A DNA stretch of 64,000 nt. It comes from Macrostomum lignano. Lineage: Eukaryota. The translations under genes and the position numbers were made by a program. The notes beneath the pieces were generated by a model. The model was given only the letters and a program-made list of their open reading frames with translations, did no database searches and was not told the DNA's origin. The DNA is taken from assembly GCA_002269645.1 (NCBI GenBank), contig NIVC01002086.1, positions 1-64,000 of the forward strand, written 5' to 3'. Below, piece by piece: positions 1 to 12,100 of the stretch (its first letter is position 1; each line of letters opens with the position of its first letter).

Positions 1-1462
1 CCAATCAATTTCTCCATCCGCGGCTCCTACCTTGCTTCCGACCCTTTACGGACGAATCAATTTGTATATCCCATGTTCAATACCTACCAGATAACTCTAC
101 TCTAATATGCATTTTTTATTTTCTATTGTACTCTGTACCGTATTCAATAGTCTTGAAAAATGCCACCTAAGAGAAGGCGCACTGAAGGAGACAGTAATAG
201 ACAGTACTGGCAGCCTCTACCAATATCCGTATGAGTCCTCCGCCTCCAAATCGGCTTCTATTCCGAAGGCCGCGCAATTTTTTTCTATAGTGCCAGACAG
301 GAAGTGTTTCATGCTCCCCATGATGATTCTTGGATTGTTATTTCATTGACTAGTTTGGAGTGATTCGCTACTGATTTAATTAGCTCGTATTTTCATTCTT
401 GTGAAGCAAGCAAATCTCTAAGTTACCTGGCAACTATAGATATATCAATGACTGCTTATTATAATGCCGACATTCCTTGTGTTTAGTGCCGACCCGTTTG
501 AATTTATTATCCATATACTCTGTATGGAACTGTCCAAGAATTGATGTGGCTAAATGTAGAAAAACAGACAGTATAACCTGACTTGTTGTGGCCCGCGTAA
601 ATATGTTCTATCTTCTATTCGCAGTCGCAACTGGCAATATCAATACACAGAGACTGAAACCTCGAGAACGCTAGACTGGTTTTCTTTTCTCTACTTTGCT
701 CTCTTTTTTGCTTTGTTGAAGGCCTTTTTAGACTATTAACCAAGATTTATAGCTGTAAGCTAACAGAAATCGTGGAACCAATACTATTCATGGTCTGTGA
801 ACCCTAGACCATGCCTGGATCAAACAAAGAAACTTTTTTATCGGGGGGGGGGTATGACAGCTGGTCGTGGCCATAAAAACGTCGGAAGGAAAGGCTCGAG
901 AGTTCGAGTCTACAAACGCTATATCCCTGGCAATTCAGTTTGAAATAAAATTGATACATACTTCCCTCCCAGAGACTTCTAAATATAACAGCTGTTGTCT
1001 TCAGAGCTCTCTGATACTTCCCCACCAACACACTGCCCGATTGTTTGCTACCAACAGACCTTTGAAATAGTTCCTTTTCTGTTCCAACTCAGTCTCATAA
1101 AGTAAACAACCATATAAATTTTAACGTAGATTGTAGTTCAGCTCTGGCTGCTTCAATGGCTTCGAAAAGGACACATTTGAAACAGCTAGAATTAGAATCC
1201 TATAGGGAGTGGATGAGAGTTTGAAGAGATAGTGAAGAAGAAAGGAGATAAGAGGAGAGGAGAGAGGCGAGGAGAGGAGAGAGGCGAGCAGAGGAGAGAT
1301 GCGAGGAGATAAGAGGAGAGCAGGATCGAAAGATAACTGAGAAGAGACAAAACTTGATGGCTGGATTGCCATTTGCAATTCTAAATGTGTCCAAGGGCCC
1401 GAGGGCCGGATGGAGAGGCTTTGGCCTGCGGACCGGAGTTTGCCCACCCCATGGTAGCTCTC

Positions 1463-1506
<44 letters not shown>

Positions 1507-1741
1507 TCTCTATGGTCGTTTCACAAACCCTAATTTTCACAACGAGGCTTTTCATATTGCTTGTTCTGCTTCTAGAACCAGAACCAATTTGTAAAGTATA
1601 ACTTTTTGTCTCCTTAACTAGAGGGATATACTTGCTATAAACTCTTAATTATTGAATGAAAATCGCCAAGAAGAAAGTGAAAAATTGTGCAAAGTGAGGC
1701 TAGGCTGTTCAGGCAAATTGTACTATATTGTGTATAGTTTA

Positions 1742-1905
1742 CAGTGGCGAAGCTAGGGGGGGGGCGGTCGCCCCCCTTAGGCAGAGACCGAAAAAAATCA
1801 AAGGGGGACCAAGCGAATTTCTGCCAAAAACAGAGCCACCCTCCGCCCCCTCCCGGCTTTACCCTTCAGAATCCCCCCCTTAAAAAATTTCTGGTTGCGC
1901 TACTG
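1742..1905. mobile_element. Short MITE with CAGTGGCG-type TIRs
   Basis: CAGTGGCGAAGCTAG / CTGGTTGCGCTACTG with internal G/C runs. No TSD seen. Confidence 0.45.
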
Positions 1906-3286
1906 CTATCTAGCGTACTCTATGGCTTAATAATATAAGTTGCATGCATTAATATCCAAATATAATATAATATAATATCCAAATACACTAATCTTAATCT
2001 AAATATACTAAATCTCTAAGGACACTACCACGCGTTGATTGTAATGAAAGAATCGTTAACCAGTATCATAACTAATTAAGTCATATTTTTACCCGTAAAC
2101 AAGAATCATAGGTACGCATTTAAATGTTCCTTTTTAGAGGACTGGACCCTTCTGTCTGATCTGCGGAAGAAGCAAGCAATCTATCGGATCACCCGCGGGA
2201 AATCTAACACGATCTCTGTAACATATTGCGATAGGGTTGCTCGCTTGACAACAATTAAGTAAAGAAAACTCAAAATGTTGATTCTGAGTTTTCTTTACAT
2301 ATATATTGCTCCTTGATGGCGCTGGCGAAGGCTTCGGGCCCTGGTCCACCAAAATCTGGCGCCAGCCCTTCGGCGGCTCAGTGCTACATTGAGCTCATTC
2401 ACTTTCTGTTTTCCCGAAATTTCTGAGTTTTAAACCCACGCCCAACGTTGCTAAACTCGCATTTACACGGATCAGGTGCGCACTGAAAATTTGACCAACT
2501 TCTTTTCCAAATTCAAAAACTCTGGCACTGCAAAATATTTACATAATCGAAAAGTGATTGTACGCAATTAATAACTAGTTAATTTGGTATTTTTAATAAA
2601 AAGCAGTTATCACTCAGGGTATTGTCCTTTTTGGTGAACCCTACTGTCAAAAGTAGTAAGGCATGGTCAGACTTACTGTTGATGCATTTTACGCGACACC
2701 CCAATCAAAAATGTAGATTAAAAGATAGTTTAAAAATGAGTCTATAAAAAACGAAAATATAAATTCACACAAAAGAATAATTTGTTTTCAACTGAAAGGC
2801 TAATGTCCCGCGACTGCAATCTCGAAGCCCCAAAACACAAAACACAAAAGTTTGAAAAAGAAACTTCGCCAACTTTTCTACTATCACAAGTAGTAAATTA
2901 TGCAACTGGAGAATTATCAAGGGTCACTTTTCATCTGACGTATCTTTTTAAATCGGACTGTCAAAAAGTGCTAGTTGTCAGTACACAAAGGTGAATACTT
3001 GAAAATAAACCCAAAACTAACCGAAATCACAGCAAAAGGGACATTTATACGGCGTTAGAAAAAAATTGCATTTTTTGAGGAGTCGGATCAAACGGACCAT
3101 TAGGGACGAATAACGGACCCACATAAGTACAAAGATGACAAACTTTTTAGCCATGAAGTTACTGAAATATGGCTCTTTAGAGTGATTTAATGTAAAAACT
3201 AGATATTTTTTCCTAAAGCAGACGCAACCCCAATGAGGACCCGTCGGGGTCCGAAAGACGTCCGCTTGACCCCACTTTTTACACCG

Positions 3287-5088
3287 GGCTCTCTCTCCCT
3301 CTCTTCCCCTCTCTCTCCCTCTTTCTCCCTCTCTCTCCCTCTCTCCGCCTCTCTCTCCCTCTCTCTCCCTCTCTCTCCCTCCTCTCTCTCCCTCTCTCCC
3401 CCTCTCTCTCCCTCTCTCTCCCTCTTTCTCCTCTCTCTCTCTCTCTCCCTCTCTCTCCCTCTCTCTCCCTCTCTCCCCCTCTCTCTCCCTCTCTCTCCCT
3501 CTTTCTCCTCTCTCTCCCTCTTTCTCCTCTCTCTCTCTCTCTCCCTCTCTCTCCCTCTCTCTCCCTCTCTCTCTCTCTCTCCCTCTCTCTCCCTCTTTCT
3601 CCCTCTCTCCCTTTCTCTCTCCCTCTATCCCTCTCTTTCCATCTCTCTCCCTCTCTCTCCCTCTCTCTCCCTCTCTCCCTCTCTCTCTCTCTCTCCTCTC
3701 TCTCCCTCTCTCTCCCTCTCTCTCCCTCTCTCTCCCTCTCCCTCTCTTTCCATCTCTCTCCCTCTCTCTCCCTCTCTCTCCCTCTCTCCCTCTCTCTCTC
3801 CTCTCTCTCTCCCCCTCTCTCTCCCTCTCTCTCCCCTCTCTCCCTCTCTCCCTCTCTCTCCCTCTCTCCCTTTCTCTCTCCCTCTCTCCCTCTCTCTCCC
3901 TCCTCTCCCTCCCTCTCCCCTCTCTCCCCCTCTCTCTCCCTCTCTCTCCCTCACTCTCTCCCTCTCTCCCCCTCTCTCTCCTCTCTCTCCCTCTTTCTCC
4001 CTCTCTCCCTTTCTCTCTCCTCTCTCCCTCTCTTTCCATCTCTCTCCTCTCTCTCCCTCTTTCTCCCTCTCTCCCTTTCTCTCTCCCTCTCTCCCTCTCT
4101 CCCTTTCTCTCTCCCTCTCTCCCTCTCTCTCCCTCCCTCTCCCTCCCTCTCCCCTCTCTCCCCCTCTCTCCTCTCTCTCCCTCCCTCTCTCCCTCTCTCC
4201 CCCTCTCTCTCCCTCTCTCTCCCTCTTTCTCCCTCTCTCCCTTTCTCTCTCCCTCTCTCCCTCTCTTTCCATCTCTCTCTCTCTCTCTCCCTCTTTCTCC
4301 CTCTCTCCCTTTCTCTCTCCCTCTCTCCCTGTCTTTCCATCTCTCTCCCTCTCTCCCCCTCTCTCTCTCTCTCTCTCCCCCTCTCTCCCTCTCTCTCCCC
4401 CTCTCTCCCTCTCTCCCCTCTCTCTCCCTCTCTCCCTTTCTCTCTCCTCTCTCTCCTCTCTCTCCCTCCCTCTCCCTCCCTCTCCCCCTCTCTCCCCCTC
4501 TCTCTCCCTCTCTCTCCCTCCCTCTCTCCCTCTCTCCCCCTCTCTCTCCCTCTCTCTCCCCTTTCTCCCTCTCTCCCTTTCTCTCTCCCTCTCTCCCTCT
4601 CTTTCCATCTCTCTCTCTCTCTCCCTCTTTCTCCCTCTCTCCCTTTCTCTCTCCCTCTCTCCCTGTCTTTCCATCTCTCTCCCTCTCCCCCTCTCTCCCC
4701 CTCTCTCTCCCTCTCTCTCCCTCTCTCTCCCTCTTTCTCCCTCTCTCTCCCCTCTCCCGCCTCTCTCTCCCTCTCTCTCCCTCTCTCTCCCTCCTCTCTC
4801 TCCTCTCTCCCCCTCTCTCTCCTCTCTCTCCCTCTTTCTCCCTCTCTCTCTCTCTCTCCCTCTCTCTCCTCTCTCTCCCTCTCTCTCCCTCTCTCTCCCT
4901 CTCTCTCCCTCTTTCTCCTCTCTCTCCCTCTTTCTCCCTCTCTCTCCCTCTTTCTACCTCTCTCTCTCTCTCTCCCTCTCTCTCCCTCTCTCTCCCTCTC
5001 TCTCTCTCTCTCCTCTCTCTCCCTCTTCTCCCTCTCTCCCTTTCTCTCTCCCTCTATCCTCTCTTTCCATCTCTCTCCCTCTCTCTCC

Positions 5089-5122
<34 letters not shown>

Positions 5123-7640
5123 CTCTCTCTCCCTCTCTCTCCCTCTCTCTCCCTCTCTCTCCCTCTCCCTCTCTTTCCATCTCTCTCCCTCTCTCTCCCT
5201 CTCTCTCCCTCTCTCCCTCTCTCTCTCCTCTCCTCTCCCCCCTCTCTCTCCCTCTCTCTCCCCTCTCTCCCTCTCTCCCCTCTCTCTCCCTCTCTCCCTT
5301 TCTCTCTCCTCTCTCCCTCTCTCCTCCTCTCCCTCCCTCTCCCCTCTCTCCCCTCTCTCTCCTCTCTTCCCTCACTCTCTCCCTCTCTCCCCCTCTCTCT
5401 CCCTCTCTCTCCCTCTTTCTCCCTCTCTCCCTTTCTCTCTCCCTCTCTCCCTCTCTTTACATCTCTCTCCCTCTCTCTCCCTCTTTCTCCCTCTCTCCCT
5501 TTCTCTCTCCCTCTCTCCCTGTCTTTCCATCTCTCTCCCTCTCCCCCTCTCTCCCCCTCTCTCTCCCTCTCTCTCCCTCTCTCCCTCTTTCTCCTCTCTC
5601 TCCCTCTCTCCGCCTCTCTCTCCTCTCTCTCCCTCTCTCTCCCTCCCTCTCTCCCTCTCTCTCCCCTCTCTCTCCCTCTCTCCCTCTTCTCCCTCTCTCT
5701 CTCTCTCTCCCTCTCTCTCCCTCTCTTCTCCCTCTCTCCCCCTCTCTCCCTCTCTCTCCTCTTCTCCCTCTCTCTCCCTCTTTCTCCCTCTCTCTCTCTC
5801 TCTCCCTCTCTCCCTCTCTCTCCCTCTCTCTCTCTCTCCCTCTCTCTCCCTCTTTCTCCCTCTCTCCCTTTCTCTCTCCCTCTATCCCTCTCTTTCCATC
5901 TCTCTCCCTCTCTCTCCCTCTCTCTCCCTCTCTCTCCCTCTCTCTCCCTCTCTCTCCCTCTCTCTCCCTCTCTCCCTCTCTCTCCCTCTCTCTCCCTCTC
6001 CCTCTCTTTCCATCTCTCTCCCTCTCTCTCCCTCTCTCTCCCTCTCTCCCTCTCTCTCTCCCTCTCTCTCTCCCCCTCTCTCTCCCTCTCTCTCCCCTCT
6101 CTCCCTCTCTCCCCCTCTCTCTCCCTCTCTCCCTTTCTCTCTCCCTCTCTCCCTCTCTCTCCCTCCTCTCCCTCCCTCTCCCCTCTCTCCCCCTCTCTCT
6201 CCCTCTCTCTCCCTCACTCTCTCCCTCTCTCCCCCTCTCTCTCCCTCTCTCTCCCTCTTTCTCCCTCTCTCCCTTTCTCTCTCCCTCTCTCCCTCTCTTT
6301 CCATCTCTCTCCCTCTCTCTCCCTCTTTCTCCCTCTCTCCCTTTCTCTCTCCCTCTCTCCCTGTCTTTCCATCTCTCTCCCTCTCCCCCTCTCTCCCCCT
6401 CTCTCTCCCTCTCTCTCCCTCTCTCTCCCTCTCTCTCCCTCTTTCTCCCTCTTTCTCCCTCTCTCCCTTTCTCTCTCCCTCTCTCCCTCTCTTTCCATCT
6501 CTCTCCCTCTCTCTCCCTCTCTCTCCCTCTCCCTCTCTCCCCCTCTCTCTCCCTCTCTCCCTCTCTCTCCCTCTCTCTCCCTCTCTCTCCCTCTCTCTCC
6601 TCTCTCTCCCTCTCCTCTCTCTCCCTCTCTCTCCCTCTCTCTCCCTCTCTCTCCCTCTCTCTCCCTCTCTCTCTCTCTCTCCCTCTCTCTCCCTCTCTCT
6701 CCCTCTCTCCCCCTCTCTCTCCCTCTCTCTCCCTCTTTCTCCCTCTCTCCCTTTCTCTCTCCCTCTCTCCCTCTCTTTCCATCTCTCTCCCTCTCTCTCC
6801 CTCTCTCTCCCTCTCTCTCTCTCTCCTCTCTCTCCCTCTCTCTCTCTCTCCCTCTCTCTCCCTCTCTCTCCCTCTCTCTCCCTCTTCTCCTCTCTCCCTT
6901 TCTCTCTCCCTCTCTCCCTCTCTTTCCATCTCTCTCCCTCTCTCTCCCTCTCTCCTCTCTCTCCCTCTCTCTCCGTCTCTCTCCCTCTCTCTCCTCTCTC
7001 TCTCTCTCTCCCTCTCTCCCTCTCCCTCTCCCCTCTCCCTCTCTCCCCTCTCTCTCCCTCTCTCTCCCCCTCTCTCCCTCTCTCCCCCTCTCTCTCCCTC
7101 TCTCCCTTTCTCTCTCCCTCTCTCCCTCTCTCTCCCTCCCTCTCCCTCCCTCTCCCCCTCTCTCCCCCTCTCTCTCCCTCTCTCTCCCTCTCTCTCCCTC
7201 CCTCTCTCCCTCTCTCCCCCTCTCTCTCCCTCTCTCTCCCTCTTTCTCCCTCTCTCCCTTTCTCTCTCCCTCTCTCCCTCTCTTTCCATCTCTCTCCCTC
7301 TTTCTCCCTCTCTCCCTTTCTCTCTCCCTCTCTCCCTCTCTTTCCATCTCTCTCCCTCTCCCCCTCTCTCCCCCTCTCTCTCCCTCTCTCTCCCTCTCTC
7401 TCCCTCTTTCTCCCTCTCTCTCCCTCTCTCTCCCTCTCTCTCCCTCTTTCTCCTCTCTCCCTCTCTCTCCCTCTCTCTCCCTCTCCCTCTCTCCCTCTCT
7501 CTCCCTCTCTCTCCCTCTCTCTCCCTCTTCTCTCTCTCTCTCTCTCCCTCTCTCTCCCTCTCTCTCCCTCTCTCTCCCTCTCTCCCTCTCTCTCCCTCTC
7601 TCTCCCTCCCTCTCCCTCTCTCTCCCTCTTTCTCCGTCTT
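3287..7640. repeat. 4.35-kb polypyrimidine/polypurine (CT/CTCC) tract
   Basis: Almost only C and T on the plus strand, with recurring TTTCCATCT landmarks. It is the source of all the SLSLP and REREG ORFs. Confidence 0.98.
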
Positions 7641-8699
7641 TCTCGCTTACAGCCCTGACGAAGAAATTTAATGTCGAAATATCGGCTACTCAATTTAAAT
7701 TGATTTTTTCAGTCCTTTCTGACTTTCTACCGTGTCAGTGCCCGAGATTGGAGGCGCCCTCCTCTCTCTCTCTCTCTCCCTCTCTCTCCCTCTCTCTCCC
7801 TCTCTCTCCCTCTCTCTCCCTCTCAGTCTCTGTCTGCCAATATTTATGCGCCCTGAAATAAGTGAACGAATTCGCGACATTTGTTAAATCAATACTCTAC
7901 TTCTCAACTCTGAATCTGCACTCTAAATATCCTCTCTGTATTCAAGAATTGATAATTCACTCATAACCCTGCATCAACAGTTACCTAACTAACGAATAAA
8001 CGTTAGCTCTGCTGATGAGCAAACTGCCTTGAACTGCCAAACTTCCAGTGTTCCATGTGATTCTTTAAGTAGAAAGAGACGATACTGAGCAGGCATTTCA
8101 CGCATGCATAGATTTGGCAGCCTCTGCAAATAGGTGGGCGGGACAGAGTCCAGATTCGTGACTTCGAGGTAAAATAAATGAAAGAAGACGGATATGGCTG
8201 GTCTGACTTCTGGTTTTTTTGGCGATATTGGATTTCAAAAAGCGATGTTTTCTTGGGATATTCTCCCCATACAGAGGGATCAGGTGACTGATTCTGACTG
8301 TCTTGTTCTCAGGAAACATCCCTATCCTTTCTGCGAGCTGATCACAAGGTTTTGAGCTGCTATGAGTTGAGGTGTAGAGTGACGCCTCAAAAAATTAAGC
8401 AACTTGATATAAAAAACATTTTAATATTTGCAGCACGCTACTATTGACAAATAGTAGTTAATAGTAGGCAGTTGCGAACATTATCGCATTTTCTTTATGA
8501 CATCAGCTTTCTATTTCTATTAGCCCTACTCATGCTATCGTTTCCTTTAATCTGCTTTAATTGACAGTTGTTAGATTACAATCGGGGGCTCTATACGAGC
8601 TGAGTGCACGATGTACTCTGCGACACTAAGTCAAAAACTTCTGTGTGTATGTGTATGTATCAAATTAGAGATCTATATGCCCACAACCATACAGCCCTG

Positions 8700-8870
8700 G
8701 AGGGCAATTCTGCCCATTTCGCTGACTCCTGAGAGCACATGCAAGCGCGCCAATACTGCACGTGGGCACGCACTCATAACACACGCTCACGCAGGGGTAC
8801 AGCGGGCCTGATTTTCTAACTGTCAGGCAGGTACACTCTGTGCCACCGTGACCACGTGCACTAGTAGTTA
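8700..8870 (-). mobile_element. Diverged copy of the SINE 3' body
   Basis: The reverse complement contains ggcacagagtgtacctgcctgac...ggcccgctgtacccctgcgtgagcgtgtg, resembling the 12401 and 15155 copies. Confidence 0.45.
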
Positions 8871-9122
8871 GATCTTCAATCATGCAGCAAGACCTCTCTT
8901 TATGGGAATACTTTTGCTTCAATTGGCTGAAGACAACATTCTGTTCAGAAGCAGCCGGTCGACCAATCAAAGAGGGCAAGAATGCGAAATTTGCTTTTAA
9001 AAGGTTTGCAATTGACATCCGGGAATTCTTTTCTGAACATATTGCATAAAGCTTGTAGAGATAGCCATCTTCTAGCAATTGCACATTTCTGCTGTACAGC
9101 GCGGAATTATTCTTTGGAATAA

Positions 9123-12100
9123 ATGGAAATCCACCGAGTGCAAAGTGTGCTCAGCGACGACTACTCAATCGAATGGAATGGCGACGGTCTCGATGGTGTT
9201 GCAGTTGTTGGGGGCGACTCACTGCAGCCAGCCCAGCCTACGTTAGGCCTGCAGAGAATGACGTCTAGATTGAGTAACAGTAAATGCGGTGTAAATCACG
9301 TTTGAAAATTTTTAACAAGGACCACTAGAAGTTACGGTTTTATGAGGAGGTAACACAAAGGACAATACCTTTGAAGCCACTATAAGAAAGATGGAATACA
9401 CTTCTAACCTTCTACTATTAATAGGAAGATTTCGCATCGGACAAGTTTGTCAAATTAAATTCAGAAAAGAGATGCTACTGTAAAATGTCAGGCAGACGCG
9501 CAAATTGAAGCAAAATGCATTTTTTTTCCTGCGCTGATTTTTCCAGTCGGATTTTAGACTTCAGGATTTTCAGATACGATCGCAGTTTTCCTACTTCCGA
9601 CAGATTTAAAAAAGGAATTCATGTATTCAAGGAAGTGCATGTAATACTGGAAGCCCTTTAGGTTAGATATTGACAATGCAATGATACCAAACTTAAAAGT
9701 TCCTACTTTAAAGGAAATAAGTGCTACGTCCTCATACAACGGTGAACTTGACCGCGGTTCTGATTGCTTTCAAGTATCCAATATGTTTAGTCAATAACTA
9801 TATATGAGGGAATGTATTTCGTTAAGTGGAATTCAATTTCAATTAGATTTTTCCAAGAACTACAGTTCAAGCTTATAATATCCTAATAATTATTTTATGC
9901 CATTACAGATGAGTCACTACCTTGTCTGGTTGTGTCACGGCTGGAGGTAAGTGTTGCAAACTTTCTGTGAGATAATCAAGGTAAAGCATAGAAAAAAAAC
10001 AATAATATCAAAAACCTTTGGGAAACCGCTTCCAACAGAAGATACCGCTGAAGGATTTCAGCAGCGAGGTGCGAGCCAATTTAGACATCGAACGCTTTCT
10101 GAAGGAAGCCACCCTGCTGCTGGATCTCGAAGGAGCCAATATTGAGTGCATCGTTGAGAAGATGCTGCAATCAATTTTCCGAGCCGATCAGGAGTCTCAT
10201 TCGAGTCGAGACGAGGCTGACTGTAGCAACTGGCTCGATGCCAAGGTTCAAGAGGCTAAGAAGACTCTGTTCCTTCAGGCCAGTTGGCTAGACTACACTT
10301 GTAAGCAGGCGTAATTCATATTGCGAGTCTTCGTGTTTCAAAGAATTACAGTTTTTAAAAACTCGAATGACTGCTCATTTTAACTTTCAGATCAGAGACT
10401 AGCCAAGACTATTAAAAGCATATCGATCATCGACAATGAAGGCCTGATTACCGACAATAGTTGGTTATGCACCATGTAAGATTCGAGAATAATCTGTGTA
10501 ATGGTGTTACCCTTCTGATGTTAGTTATTGATAAAGAGTAGCTAATTAATTTTTTTTCTAAATTCCTAAAACCCAGGTGCTCCTTGAACGGTGTGCACAA
10601 ACGACACGTGGCCATCGCCCGACTCGCTAGCCCAGTTAACCTGGGCCGCTCGTCCGAAGGCGTGTACTTTGTGCTGCTCGTTGTAACGCCAACAAAAGAG
10701 GTGAGAATTGTGCCTCTGGTCAATCATTGGAAAGGTGCTCACAAGAAGATGTATAATTCTTACGGCGATGCTAAATTTTTAAATCAAATATTGATTTTCA
10801 GAAAGGTACGAAGAGTGACATCGAGCTCGGTAGGACATTTGCTACGATTTTGGCCGACAGCGACTTTCGCCAGCGACTTCTTCTGGCCGAGACGGAGGCC
10901 GAGTTCAAGGAGATGCTGCAGGGCCATGCCCAGGATCTAGGAGAAGAGCAGAAAATCTACAGACGGAAAAGTCTGCGCACAAAGGACTTCATGTCACAAG
11001 CGTTTAGTTACGTAAGTTGAAAAAAAAGCACCTGCCATGCAAGGACTATTAATTTGGAAGGATGCTACCACTCTTAGTTAAAAACTCTTATTCAGGCTAA
11101 CAAAAAAAAATAAAAACTGAATTTTGCATGCCGTCAAGTGACGTTTTCCTGTTTTACCATAGACGAAACTCCGATCAGCAAAAATGAGGAGTTCATTAGT
11201 CGGTTTTAAGTGCTTAAATGTCTATGCTTTGCGTGCGCGCGGTCGAGTGGCCATAGACATTAAAGCCGGAAAATCTGACTATTGGGCAAATTTGTAATCA
11301 CGATATATAGCTCGTATTTCTCGTGCATTAAATAACTCTAGCCAATAGGCGATAACGAGCCGTTTAATGAACGCTTTTACACATTATTAAAGTCGCGTTA
11401 CAATTCCCTTTTATAGCATTAAAGATATAAATCGAAAAAACAACCATGTGAAATTTACCTTGATAAAACGTAAAGTACTTTAAGTAAAGTAAATAAAACC
11501 CGGTTTCCAGTAAGACTCCTTCAAGAACTTCGACTTTAGTTGTACATGATTTCGTACATCGATTTTTCAATTTTTTCTGCTTGTATCCATGTTCACTCGA
11601 ACGTCAATTAAACGCTTCTTCAGGACAGCACTTGGCTGCTGTGCAACGGAATCAGGGCGGACTTCAAGCGCCGCCTGCCGCACTATCCGTCCGACTTTAT
11701 GGACGGTGCGTTTCGCCCCGGTTTCAGTTCCGATTTTGTACGAGGCATGGCCGGAAAGTTCGGACACAGCTTTTATACTAAGGGACTACCAGCCAGCCTT
11801 GTAAAAAATTCCTAGTTTCCCATCCCGGTATTTTAGTAGTCCTTGTTTTAATCCCAGAACAAAAAAACGGAAGCAGCAGCAGAACACAACTTTGGTGACA
11901 ATTTAAAACGACGCGCTTCTTCTTTCTAATCAATTCAATCTGGGGTAGTTTGGTCATTACTTTAAAAAATCATGCTTGAAAGCAATTTAAACTTTTAATA
12001 AAATGACCAAAATAAGTTGAACCTAACATGTATCAGAAGGAAGAAATGTGCCGCTGTTAAATGACACAGAAGTTGTTTCCTTTTCCGTTTTTTTCTCTGA

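Noticed and set aside
107-1100. Short ORFs at the window start
   Set aside because: No motifs and no consistent splice pattern in any frame I tried.
3017-7880. Very long ORFs (1542 aa SLSLP; several RE/GE-rich ORFs on the minus strand)
   Set aside because: Produced by the stop-free CT tract; open in nearly all frames and with no domain content.
8005-8050. CTGATGAG hammerhead-like core (also at about 14985)
   Set aside because: No GAAA after a stem II and no supporting stems I or III.
8179-8355. 58-aa ORF MKEDGYGWSDFWFFGDIG... with an internal GT donor
   Set aside because: No recognisable homology and no partner exon identified.
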